DNA of 64,000 nt. Origin: a bacterium. Lineage in GTDB: Bacteria; Patescibacteriota; Minisyncoccia; Phycocordibacterales; UBA2100. The notes under the pieces are model-generated. The model was not told the origin of the DNA. It made no database searches and worked only from the letters and a program-made list of their open reading frames with translations. Below are positions 38,137 to 47,056 of the stretch, piece by piece. The stretch's first letter is position 1. Every line of letters begins with the position of its first letter. Position numbers and translations under genes: made by a program. Location: the NCBI GenBank assembly GCA_021781955.1, contig JAJXVV010000003.1, positions 27,933 through 91,932 on the forward strand, given 5' to 3'.

Positions 38137-38706
38137 GTGGACACTACCGATACCAGCCCGGTCGACGAAGCGCTCGCGAAAGCGCTACAGGAGGGCGACG
38201 AGCAGGCGCTCGCGGTCTTGATGGATCGCTACACTGGCAAACTCCTGCGCTACGGGCGGCGCTTCCTCACCTCGCAGGACGACATCGCCGATATCGTGCA
38301 AGACGTCTTCATATCGGTCTACGAAAACATCCGCGACTTCGACGCGACCCGCCGCTTCTCGCCGTGGATCTACCGTATCGCGCACAATGCGTTCGTCAAC
38401 GCACTACGCAAGCGAGCGCACGGGCCACTCTACGGACTCGACCTCGATCTCGACCGCGTGATGCCCCATCTCGTCTACGAGGATCCGGACAAGAAAGAGA
38501 AAGAACGAGCGGAGCTGCGTGTAGTACTGGAGCAAGGCCTCGGCAAGCTCTCCCCTGCCTATCGCGAGGTCATCGATTTGTACTACTTCGAGGACTTCAG
38601 CTATCAGGAAATAGCGGACGTTTTGCATGTGCCACTCGGTACGGTCAGCATTCGCCTCTCGCGCGCCAAAGCAGCGCTCAAGAAAACACTTCCCAAAGAC
38701 CTATGA
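38137..38706 (+). CDS. ECF-subfamily RNA polymerase sigma-70 factor
   Basis: Region 2 (DIVQDVFISVY, FSPWIYRIAHN) and region 4 (YREVIDLYYFEDFSYQEIADVLHVPLGTV). Apparent GTG start 2 nt after the tRNA-Glu; first ATG is codon 29, so the exact start is uncertain. Confidence 0.7.
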   Translation: MDTTDTSPVDEALAKALQEGDEQALAVLMDRYTGKLLRYGRRFLTSQDDIADIVQDVFISVYENIRDFDATRRFSPWIYRIAHNAFVNALRKRAHGPLYGLDLDLDRVMPHLVYEDPDKKEKERAELRVVLEQGLGKLSPAYREVIDLYYFEDFSYQEIADVLHVPLGTVSIRLSRAKAALKKTLPKDL

Positions 38707-39416
38707 GCGACGACACCATCCAGCAGCACATACATGAGCAGGTATTGAGCCGCGTCAAAAGTGGCAGCGTGCACATGCGCTCACGCGCGTACTTTTTCCT
38801 GCGCGTGACGACGACCGCGGTGACCGCGCTCCTCGTGCTCGGCATCTCATCGCTCATCTTGAGCTTCATCGGTTTCTCCATCCACGCGAGCGGGCAGGAC
38901 ATCCTGCTCGGCTTCGGAGCGCGCGGTATCGGCACTTTTTTCGCGCTCTTCCCTTGGCCGCTCTTTATCGCAGACCTCTTGCTCATGCTCGCCCTCGAGT
39001 GGTGTTTGCAGGGATTCCGTTTCGGCTACCGCTTCTCGCTCGTCTCGATATTCGTCCTTACCTTCGCCATGAGTTGGTTCCTCGGTTTTCTGATCGAGCT
39101 CACTCCCCTCCATGACTCGCTCCTCTCAGCGGCCGATCGCGGCGAACTCCCGATCGCCGGCGGCCTCTACGAGCATATCCGCGACCCGCACCACGACCTC
39201 GGCATCTTCCGCGGCACGGTCTTTTCGGTGCAGAACGGCCAGGTCATGATCGGACACGATGACGGCGACCACGACCCGGACGACGGCACCTGGACCGTCG
39301 CGCTCCCGCCCGACACGCCGCCGCCGCAGGTGGGAGATCGCATGCTCGTCTTCGGCAGCTCGACCGGCTCGCAGGTGGACGCGTATGGCATCGAGCATCT
39401 CTCGCCCGAGCAATAG
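38703..39416 (+). CDS. putative anti-sigma factor / membrane protein
   Basis: ATGA overlap with the sigma gene stop. Several TM helices and a C-terminal extracytoplasmic domain. No recognisable zinc-binding anti-sigma motif. Confidence 0.45.
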   Translation: MSDDTIQQHIHEQVLSRVKSGSVHMRSRAYFFLRVTTTAVTALLVLGISSLILSFIGFSIHASGQDILLGFGARGIGTFFALFPWPLFIADLLLMLALEWCLQGFRFGYRFSLVSIFVLTFAMSWFLGFLIELTPLHDSLLSAADRGELPIAGGLYEHIRDPHHDLGIFRGTVFSVQNGQVMIGHDDGDHDPDDGTWTVALPPDTPPPQVGDRMLVFGSSTGSQVDAYGIEHLSPEQ

Positions 39417-39496
39417 AAACCGCCATGAAAGAAATCGCCCCGCCGCACGTAGTAGTGGCATGAGACCGCTTCCACAGCTCGTCTCGTCCTCGCCAT

Positions 39497-39979
39497 ATGA
39501 AACGCATCATCGCTTCTATCGTTTTCATTATTACCTTTGCCGTCTACGCGGGATACCAACATCTCGTTAGCGCCTCGCCGACGGCACTCGCCGCTACGGG
39601 TGCCGCGACCGCTTTTGCTGCTGGCGCTGCCGCTTCAACGGCAAGCGCATCTGGATCGTCCGCGCCACCTTCGAGCGCTTCCGCATCAAACGGCCAATAC
39701 AAGGACGGCGCGTACACGGGCGACGCGGTCAGCGCGTACTACGGAACCGTTCAGGTACAAGCGGTAATAAAGAACGGCCGGCTCGCAAACGTCAATTTCC
39801 TGCAATACCCGAGCGATCGCAGCACGTCGCAATTCATCAACAGCCAAGCGATGCAGGGATTGGCGCAAGAGGCCGTCAACGCGCAGAGCGCCAATGTCGA
39901 CGGCGTCTCCGGGGCAACCGACACGACGATGGCGTTCCGTCAGTCGCTTTCGACCGCGCTTTCTGCGGCAGCGGCATAA
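39497..39979 (+). CDS. FMN-binding domain protein (secreted/anchored, flavinylation substrate)
   Basis: Signal anchor, Ala/Ser-rich linker, C-terminal FMN_bind-like domain with DGVSGATDTT (S-G-A-T flavinylation motif). Confidence 0.6.
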   Translation: MKRIIASIVFIITFAVYAGYQHLVSASPTALAATGAATAFAAGAAASTASASGSSAPPSSASASNGQYKDGAYTGDAVSAYYGTVQVQAVIKNGRLANVNFLQYPSDRSTSQFINSQAMQGLAQEAVNAQSANVDGVSGATDTTMAFRQSLSTALSAAAA

Positions 39980-39992
39980 CCTTGCACCTACC

Positions 39993-40853
39993 ATGCGGCA
40001 AACGCGCGACATCATGGGCATGCCGGTCATCGTCGAGATAGTCGGCGGCGATGAGGCCGCGCTCGAGGCGGTGTTCGCCTACTTCCGCGGGATCGATGAG
40101 CAGTTCAGCCCGTACAAAAAAGAAAGCGAGGTCTCGCGCCTCAGCGACGGCCGCCTTGCTAAGAGCGCCGCTTCGCGCGAGATGCGTGAGGTGCTTTTGC
40201 TCGCCGAACAAACCAAGCGCGAGACGAACGGCTATTTCGATATTTACACGCCGAGCGGTTCGTTCGACCCTTCCGGCCTCGTGAAAGGTTGGGCGATCCA
40301 AAAAGCCGCACAGCTTTTGCATGACAGGGGGCATCATAATTTCTGGGTCGAAGCGGGCGGCGACATCCAAACCTCCGGCCGCAACGCTGAAGGCGGCGAG
40401 TGGAGCGCCGGCATCCGCAATCCGTTCAATTCGTCCGAGATCGTGAAGGTCGTCTATCCGCGTGGCGCAGGCATCGCGACATCCGGCACCTACGTCCGCG
40501 GCAGCCACATCTACGATCCGCACCTGGGAGCTCCGGTGCGTTCCGAGCTCGTGAGCCTTACCGTTATCGGGAAAAACGTCTACGAGGCCGACCGCTTCGC
40601 CACGGCGGCTTTCGCCATGGGGCGTGACGGCATGTACTTCATCGAGCAGCACCCGGAACTCGAAGGCTACGCCATTGACGTACAGTGCCGCGCCACGCTC
40701 ACGAGCGGTTTTGCCGGATACACAATCGCTGCAAAGCCGTCCGGCGCGAAAGTTCTTGCAGAGGAACTGCCCGAGCGAAGCGAGTTTTCCGACGCAGGAA
40801 CCTTCGTGCCGGACGGCTCTCGGATATCATTACCGACGTATGCCACTTCGTAA
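39993..40853 (+). CDS. apbE: FAD:protein FMN transferase (ApbE family)
   Basis: ApbE family blocks (MGMPVIVEI, GYFDIY, GLVKGWAIQKAA, FWVEAGGDI, ATSGTYVRG). The C-terminal 30 aa are encoded by hairpin repeat copy 2. Confidence 0.7.
   Translation: MRQTRDIMGMPVIVEIVGGDEAALEAVFAYFRGIDEQFSPYKKESEVSRLSDGRLAKSAASREMREVLLLAEQTKRETNGYFDIYTPSGSFDPSGLVKGWAIQKAAQLLHDRGHHNFWVEAGGDIQTSGRNAEGGEWSAGIRNPFNSSEIVKVVYPRGAGIATSGTYVRGSHIYDPHLGAPVRSELVSLTVIGKNVYEADRFATAAFAMGRDGMYFIEQHPELEGYAIDVQCRATLTSGFAGYTIAAKPSGAKVLAEELPERSEFSDAGTFVPDGSRISLPTYATS
40736..40817. repeat. hairpin repeat element copy 2 (24-bp imperfect inverted arms, conserved 34-nt loop)
   Basis: Arms are gccgtccggcgcgaaagttcttgc and gcaggaaccttcgtgccggacggc (21/24 complementary). 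The loop agaggaactgcccgagcgaagcgagttttccgac is 30/34 identical to copy 1. Lies inside the apbE 3' end and just upstream of the next gene's start. Confidence 0.6.
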
Positions 40854-41568
40854 AACGATCCTCTCGATAGCGATGCTCGCGATATTCTCGACGTACGCGT
40901 TCTACGAGCACGCGCACAGCGACAGCGGAAATCTCGCAGCGCTCATCATGAGCGACCTCACGGGCCGCGAGCAAAACGGCATAGCTGCCGCTGACTCGCA
41001 CACCACTCCGTCGCAACAGACTGCAACGACCCCTGCACCGGCTGCGAGCGCTACCGCGCAACAACAGTACGCGCAATACCTCGCGCAGATCAATGCGCAA
41101 GCTGCGCGCCGCGGAGATGAAAGCTCATCTGAGGGCGAAGGTGAGGGCGGTGAGGGGCGACGTCTTGCGACCACGCAGCCAGCACCCGCCCCCGCACAGA
41201 CGCAAGCAGCAACCCCTGCGCAATCCGCCCAAACGCAACCAGCTCAGACCTCTGCTCCAGCGCAGCCGCAACAGCCGCAGGGACAGTACAAGGATGGCAC
41301 GTACACCGGACCGAGCGTGTTCGTCTACTACGGCAACGTGCAGGTGCAGGCCATCATCCAGGGCGGCAAGATAGCCGACGTCAAGTTCCTCCAATACCCG
41401 AGCGATCGCAGCACGTCGCAGTACATTAATAGCCAGGCCATGCCGATGCTGACCCAGGAGGCGATCGCTGCGCAGAGCGCCAATGTGAGCGGCGTCTCCG
41501 GCGCATCCGAGACGAGCAGCGGCTTCGTGCAGTCGCTCGGTCCAGCGCTCGCGCAAGCGCACGCATAA
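40840..41568 (+). CDS. FMN-binding domain protein, paralog 2 (Gln/Ala/Pro-rich linker)
   Basis: Signal anchor, long low-complexity linker, C-terminal domain about 70% identical to the 39497 protein, with NVSGVSGASETS (S-G-A-S motif). Start at MPLRKTIL (atg 40840). Confidence 0.6.
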   Translation: MPLRKTILSIAMLAIFSTYAFYEHAHSDSGNLAALIMSDLTGREQNGIAAADSHTTPSQQTATTPAPAASATAQQQYAQYLAQINAQAARRGDESSSEGEGEGGEGRRLATTQPAPAPAQTQAATPAQSAQTQPAQTSAPAQPQQPQGQYKDGTYTGPSVFVYYGNVQVQAIIQGGKIADVKFLQYPSDRSTSQYINSQAMPMLTQEAIAAQSANVSGVSGASETSSGFVQSLGPALAQAHA

Positions 41569-41582
41569 CAACGCAAGATACT

Positions 41583-43103
41583 ATGCCGAGATTCATGGAT
41601 GAATTTTTGAACAAGGTGACCATGTACCGCCTGTTGGTCTATTACCTCGGCGGACTCCTCCTCATCTCTGCCAGTTTCTCGGCTATCGGCATGCTTCCGT
41701 ACGATCCCGTCAATGTTCTCGCGAGCGCAGGCTTCCTCATCGCGGTGTGCTGGCTTTCCAACATCATCTTCGCGCGTTTCTGGAGCGTGCCGCCCAATGC
41801 CGAATCTTCGCTCATCACGGCACTCATCCTCTCGCTCATCATCACGCCAACCTGGCCGGACGCGTCATTCTTCTTCCTTCTGTGGGCAGGACTCCTCGCC
41901 ATGGGGTCGAAGTATTTGCTGTCGGTACGCGGCAAACACGTGTTCAATCCTGCCGCGTTCGGCGTCGCCATCACGGCGCTCGCGCTCAAGGACTCGGCCA
42001 CCTGGTGGGTCGCTGGCAATCTGCCGCTCATGCTCTTCATTCTCGCGGGCGGCATCTTGGTCGTGCGCAAGATCCACCGCACCGACCTCGTGATCCCGTT
42101 CTTCGCAGCAGGCATCATAAGCTCGCTCATGTTCATACCGCTCACGCCGCAAGACGTCATCTCGGCGCTCACCGCGACGCTTTTGCACACGACGCTCTTC
42201 TTCTTTGGCTTCGTGATGCTCACCGAGCCTCTGACCACGCCGCCGCGACGCGCGGGCCGCATCGCGTACGGTGCGCTCGTCGGCATACTCTTCGCGCCCT
42301 GGGTGCATGTGGGATCGCTCTACTTCACGCCTGAACTCGCGCTCCTTGCGGGCAATGTCTTCTCGTTCCTCATCAGCCCCAAGTACAAAGCGGTGCTCCA
42401 GCTCTCACAGGTCCGCAAGCTCGCCAACGACACGTACGAGTTCATTTTCTCGGGCCGCGTACCGCACTTCCAGCCCGGACAATTTGCGGAATGGACGCTC
42501 GACGCCGACACGTCAGACTCGCGCGGCAACCGCCGCTGGTTCACCATCGCCTCCTCGCCCACCGAGAACGACGTTCGGCTCGGCATCAAGTTCTATGCGG
42601 ACCCGAGCACCTACAAAACGTTCCTCGCTGATTTCCGCAACGGCCGCAAAATACTCACCGGGAGCATCGCGGGAGATTTCACGATGCCGAAGAATCCTAA
42701 GCGCAAGCTCGCCTTCATCGCCGGCGGTATCGGCGTCACCCCTTTCCGCAGCATGGTGAAGTATCTGCACGATCGCAACGAGCGGCGCGATGCGGTGCTT
42801 CTCTACTCGAACCGCTCGGAAGCGGAGATCGCCTATCGTGACATATTCGACGCTGCCGAGCGCGCGGGCATCGGTTTTCGCGCTCATTACACGCTCACCG
42901 ACAAGAGCGTCGCGCCCACCTGGCAAGGCGAGCGCGGATTCGTCGATGCCAACATGATCACCCGCACGATGCCGGATTACAAAGAGCGGACATTCTACAT
43001 CTCCGGACCGCCGTCGATGGTGGGCACCTTCAAGCATCTCCTGCACGAAATGGGCGTCCCGCGCCGCCGGATCAAGACCGACTACTTCCCGGGATTCGCT
43101 TGA
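41583..43103 (+). CDS. membrane-bound FAD/NAD(P)-binding oxidoreductase (polytopic N-terminal domain fused to FNR-like C-terminal domain)
   Basis: About 240-aa multi-TM N-terminal domain (FNPAAFG). The C-terminal domain has an RxFT..S FAD-binding motif (RRWFTIASSP) and a GGIGVTPF NAD(P)-binding motif. Confidence 0.6.
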   Translation: MPRFMDEFLNKVTMYRLLVYYLGGLLLISASFSAIGMLPYDPVNVLASAGFLIAVCWLSNIIFARFWSVPPNAESSLITALILSLIITPTWPDASFFFLLWAGLLAMGSKYLLSVRGKHVFNPAAFGVAITALALKDSATWWVAGNLPLMLFILAGGILVVRKIHRTDLVIPFFAAGIISSLMFIPLTPQDVISALTATLLHTTLFFFGFVMLTEPLTTPPRRAGRIAYGALVGILFAPWVHVGSLYFTPELALLAGNVFSFLISPKYKAVLQLSQVRKLANDTYEFIFSGRVPHFQPGQFAEWTLDADTSDSRGNRRWFTIASSPTENDVRLGIKFYADPSTYKTFLADFRNGRKILTGSIAGDFTMPKNPKRKLAFIAGGIGVTPFRSMVKYLHDRNERRDAVLLYSNRSEAEIAYRDIFDAAERAGIGFRAHYTLTDKSVAPTWQGERGFVDANMITRTMPDYKERTFYISGPPSMVGTFKHLLHEMGVPRRRIKTDYFPGFA

Positions 43104-43169
43104 GCAATGAAACGGTCGTGTCGCGGCGCGCTCCTTGCGGAGCGCGCCGCTTTTTTGGATACTGGTGCG

Positions 43170-43799
43170 ATGAACGATGAACAGCAGGCACTGAAAGTGC
43201 TCGCGCGCGATCCGCGATTCAAGAAACTCATCGCCAAGCACGGTGCGCCCGTATGGCGGCCGCGCGGCACAGCGTTCCGTTCGCTCGCGCGCGCCATCAT
43301 CCACCAGCAAGTATCGACCGCAGCCGCGAAGAGCATCGAGAGAAAATTCCTTTCGCTGTTCCCGCGCGACTCCTTCCCGACCCCCGCGCGCGTGGCGGCG
43401 CTTTCGGTACACCAGCTGCGCGCGGCGGGACTTTCCGCACAAAAGGCAACGTACCTGCACGACCTCGCGGCGAAATTCTCGGACGGTACGGTACGGCATC
43501 GCAAGCTTCCGTACATGACCAACGACGAAATAGTCGAGCACCTCACAAAGGTCAAAGGTATCGGCGTGTGGACCGTGCACATGTTCCTCATCTTTACCTT
43601 GCGCCGACCGGACGTGCTCCCCGTCGGCGATCTCGGTATCCGCAAGGGCTTCCAGGCGATATATGGATCGAAAACGTTGCCCGATGCTGCGGAAATGGAG
43701 CGGCGTGCGGCCGCCTGGCGGCCGCACGCCTCAGTAGCAAGCTGGTACCTCTGGCGCGCTGCTGGCGACGCGGCGACCGCGCGCCAGAAACGTTCCTAG
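43170..43799 (+). CDS. DNA-3-methyladenine glycosylase II-like (HhH-GPD family, AlkA-like)
   Basis: HhH-GPD region (LTKVKGIGVWTVHMFLIF...PVGDLGIRKG) with the catalytic Asp context. Start at MNDEQQ (alternative at 43107). Confidence 0.65.
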   Translation: MNDEQQALKVLARDPRFKKLIAKHGAPVWRPRGTAFRSLARAIIHQQVSTAAAKSIERKFLSLFPRDSFPTPARVAALSVHQLRAAGLSAQKATYLHDLAAKFSDGTVRHRKLPYMTNDEIVEHLTKVKGIGVWTVHMFLIFTLRRPDVLPVGDLGIRKGFQAIYGSKTLPDAAEMERRAAAWRPHASVASWYLWRAAGDAATARQKRS

Positions 43800-43886
43800 C
43801 GTTGTAGAGAACGCGAACGGCCGAGGGTGCTCCTCGGCCTTTTGCGTTATCAAGGACTCCCCTTGATGAAACTCTTTGAGAGCCCT

Positions 43887-44405
43887 CTAGTTGGTACCGA
43901 AAGTCGTGCCCGCGACGGTGCCGTCGGCGTTGGTGAGAAGCGTATCCTTGTGCAGATCGAACTGCTTGTCGCCGTCATCCGTGTAGATGAGCGCCTGGTA
44001 ACGCTGTCCCGGCTCGGTCGCGCGCAAGAGCGGGACCTGCACATTGGCGTGCGTACCCGCCGGGAAAAGCGCCGCGCCGAGCGTACGGCCCGTGTTGTCG
44101 CGAATGGCGACCCAGCCGAGCTTCGGCAAGGTGACCGAGGCAACGGTGACGATGCTGCCCGCTCCCTGATCGTTGACGGTGATGAGGCCGCCGCTCACGT
44201 TCAATTCGGCGCCCGTATTCGCGAGGGATGCCGCACCGGATGCGGAGGCAGCGGTCGATGTACTCGTGTCGACGACCGAACCGGCGGTCGTGCTCGCGAT
44301 GGTCGAGCCGACCTTCGATTTGGTGCCGGCATACCATGCGCCGATAATGAGGAGAACCACGATAATGCCCGCGATGATCCGATTGCCGTTGTCGTTGAGA
44401 TCCAT
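43887..44405 (-). CDS. membrane-anchored hypothetical protein
   Basis: Start at MDLNDNG (cat at 44403-44405), one TM, S/T/A-rich linker, C-terminal beta-rich domain. Confidence 0.4.
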   Translation of the reverse strand: MDLNDNGNRIIAGIIVVLLIIGAWYAGTKSKVGSTIASTTAGSVVDTSTSTAASASGAASLANTGAELNVSGGLITVNDQGAGSIVTVASVTLPKLGWVAIRDNTGRTLGAALFPAGTHANVQVPLLRATEPGQRYQALIYTDDGDKQFDLHKDTLLTNADGTVAGTTFGTN

Positions 44406-44466
44406 ACGGAATATGCCTGTGTTATTAACGTATATGCCGCACAGTGTATGGGTACGAGCAGCTCTG

Positions 44467-45099
44467 TCAAATACCGGCCGCAACAAAGACCTCCGGGGCA
44501 GGAACGACGCCTTCGCGCAAGATAACGACGCCAGAAGCGCAGTCGATGACCGTGGAAGGCGCGGCTGGAGGCAAAACGCCTCCATCGATGACGAGCGAGA
44601 TGCTTGATACGGCTTCGCCGAGCTGGATGAGGATGTCGTCGATGCGGCGCGGCGCAGCCGCGCCGCTCACGTTCGCGCTCGTCGCCGTGACGGGAGTTCC
44701 GAAAACGCGGGTGAGCGCCACGCAAAAATCGTGATCGGGTATGCGGAAACCGAACGTCGCTCTGCCTTTCGCGATGCCCGCGTCCAAGCCGATTCGTTTC
44801 TTCACGACGAACGTCGCCTTCCCTTTCGGCAAACGCTCGGCCAGCCGCCGCGCCGTATCGTTCACTTCGCCGTACCGCTCGGCCATCGCGAGATCGGCGA
44901 CGATCGCGTGCATCGGCTTGTCGTCCCGCCGCCCCTTTAACGCGTACACTTTCGCGACAGCTTCATCAGAAAGTGCGTCTGCGCCGAGGCCGTACAGGGT
45001 GTCGGTCGGATACAGCACGACCCCTCCGGCACGCAATGCGGCGGCCGCCTTGGCGGCCGCCGCATCGATACCCGCCTCCGCAAGTGAAATGCGTTCCAT
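44467..45099 (-). CDS. tsaC: L-threonylcarbamoyladenylate synthase (TsaC/YrdC/Sua5 family)
   Basis: YrdC-fold blocks (VVLYPTDTLYGLG, ATSANVSG, STVIDC). Confidence 0.8.
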   Translation of the reverse strand: MERISLAEAGIDAAAAKAAAALRAGGVVLYPTDTLYGLGADALSDEAVAKVYALKGRRDDKPMHAIVADLAMAERYGEVNDTARRLAERLPKGKATFVVKKRIGLDAGIAKGRATFGFRIPDHDFCVALTRVFGTPVTATSANVSGAAAPRRIDDILIQLGEAVSSISLVIDGGVLPPAAPSTVIDCASGVVILREGVVPAPEVFVAAGI

Positions 45100-45103
45100 C
45101 GGG

Positions 45104-45175
45104 TGCGCGGTAAAGGGATCGAACCTTTGACCCTCGTCACGTCAAGACGATGCTCTACCACTGAGCTAACCGCGC
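45104..45175 (-). tRNA. tRNA-Val (anticodon GAC), no encoded CCA
   Basis: Reverse complement: GCGCGGT-TA-GCTCAGTGGTAGAGC-A-TCGTC-TTGACGT-GACGA-GGGTC-AAAGG-TTCGATC-CCTTT-ACCGCGC-A. Confidence 0.85.
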
Positions 45176-45254
45176 AATATAATCACAGACAGAACTCTTC
45201 TTCTTTTGAGAATAGGATAACTATAGCCGATTCGAGTGATATTTTCCACCCAGC

Positions 45255-47024
45255 CTACTCTCCGATAAAACCGCCCGCTTGTATGTTCCAGAGCTTCTGG
45301 TAGAGGCCACCCTGCGAGAGCAGATCGTCGTGCGCCCCCTGCGCGACGACCTTGCCCTGATCGATGACGACGATGCGGTCCATTTTCATGATGGTCGAAA
45401 GCCGGTGCGCGATGACGAGCGCGGTCTTCCCCTGCATCAGAGTCGAGAGTGAGTCCTGGATGAGCGCTTCGCTCTCGCTGTCGAGCGAAGAGGTCGCCTC
45501 GTCGAGGATGAGGATGGGCGAGTTCTTGAGGATAGCGCGCGCGATAGCGACCCGCTGGCGTTCGCCGCCAGAGAGCTTGATGCCGCGCTCGCCCACGTAG
45601 GTGTCGTACCCGTGGGAGAACCGAGAAATGAATTCGTCGCAGTGCGCCTTCTTTGCGGCCTCGATAACCTCTGCGTCCGATGCGTCACGGCGACCATAGC
45701 GGATGTTCTCCATGAGCGTGCGGTGGAAGAGTATCGGCTCTTGCGGTACGAAACCGATCACCTCGCGCAAGCTCTCCTGCGTCACCTGCGCGACGTTCTG
45801 GCCGTCTATCTCGATCGCGCCCTCTTTCACGTCGTAGAGACGCAGGATGAGGCGCGTCATGGTACTTTTGCCCGCGCCCGAGGGGCCGACGAGCGCCACT
45901 TTCTCGCCGCCCGCGATCAAAAGATTGAGTTCGTGATAGATGGGGTCGTCGGGACGGAAGTAAAAGCCCACTCCGCGCAGCGCGATCGTCCCGACCGAAA
46001 CGGCGAGCGGTCGTGCGCCGGGCTGGTCCTGCACCTCGTACGGCATCGCGAGAAGCTCCACCATTTCGCCCGCATCGGCGTATGCGTCGTACACGCGCCG
46101 CAATTCCCGGTTGAGCGCGATGAGCCGCTCAATCGCGGTGATGAGGTACGACTGGATGAGCACAAAATCGCCGAGCGTGAGGAGCCCACGCTGCCAGAAA
46201 TAGACGGCGCCGAAAAGCATGCCCGCTTCGATAACAAGCATGAAGAGCCCGATCGCGGACCATATCCACGTGTCGGTGGTCCAGGCGCGCATGACCGCCT
46301 CATGCCAGCGATGTACCGTCCTGTCGAAACGTATCGATTCGAATGTACGTGCCGAGAACAGCGCGATGTTCGACTGATTGGCGACGGCGTCAGCGAGGTC
46401 GGCCGTCACGCGCGTCTCAGCCGCGGCGCGAGCCGCGCGTATCGGTCGGCGCATCCTCGACACCCAGATCTGGAACGCGATCAGGCACGCGCTCCAAAGC
46501 GCAAGCGCAAGCCCAAGCGTGTGGTTGCGGATATAGAGAACGACGACGGCGCCAGTGACGAAGAGAAAGGTCGGCACGAACTGCATGAAGATGCTGTCGA
46601 AGAGCAGCTCGAAACCGCGCGCGTACTTGGTGACCTTGTGCGTGAGCGAGCCGGCGAAGCGAGAGAGGAAAAAATCGTACGAGTGGCCCATGAGCCGCTT
46701 GAAAACGCCGGAATAAATGTCCTGCATCGCATAACCTTCGAGGTAGATCATCGCTACGTCGAAGAGTCGTCGCGCTGTCATCTCGACGAACCACAAGAAC
46801 GCGACTATCCCGATGATGCCAAACAGTCGCGGGGTAATGCCCGGCACGGCAGGTCCCTGCACGAGGAGGTTGAAAAAATCCTTGAGGTAGAGCGGCGCCG
46901 CGATAGTCGCCGCTTGCGTAATGGCGATCGTGACGATGATCACAGAAAGGAGCCACGGGTAGCGCAGCGCGTAGCGCGCGTATGCATGGAACACTTTGGG
47001 TGCCGGTCGAGACTTCTTTTGCAT
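45255..47024 (-). CDS. ABC exporter, fused permease/ATP-binding protein (MsbA-like)
   Basis: 6-TM domain plus NBD ([33 protein letters not shown]). Confidence 0.8.
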   Translation of the reverse strand: MQKKSRPAPKVFHAYARYALRYPWLLSVIIVTIAITQAATIAAPLYLKDFFNLLVQGPAVPGITPRLFGIIGIVAFLWFVEMTARRLFDVAMIYLEGYAMQDIYSGVFKRLMGHSYDFFLSRFAGSLTHKVTKYARGFELLFDSIFMQFVPTFLFVTGAVVVLYIRNHTLGLALALWSACLIAFQIWVSRMRRPIRAARAAAETRVTADLADAVANQSNIALFSARTFESIRFDRTVHRWHEAVMRAWTTDTWIWSAIGLFMLVIEAGMLFGAVYFWQRGLLTLGDFVLIQSYLITAIERLIALNRELRRVYDAYADAGEMVELLAMPYEVQDQPGARPLAVSVGTIALRGVGFYFRPDDPIYHELNLLIAGGEKVALVGPSGAGKSTMTRLILRLYDVKEGAIEIDGQNVAQVTQESLREVIGFVPQEPILFHRTLMENIRYGRRDASDAEVIEAAKKAHCDEFISRFSHGYDTYVGERGIKLSGGERQRVAIARAILKNSPILILDEATSSLDSESEALIQDSLSTLMQGKTALVIAHRLSTIMKMDRIVVIDQGKVVAQGAHDDLLSQGGLYQKLWNIQAGGFIGE

Positions 47025-47056
47025 CGTGACACGATAGCACATGCTATAAAGGTGCC

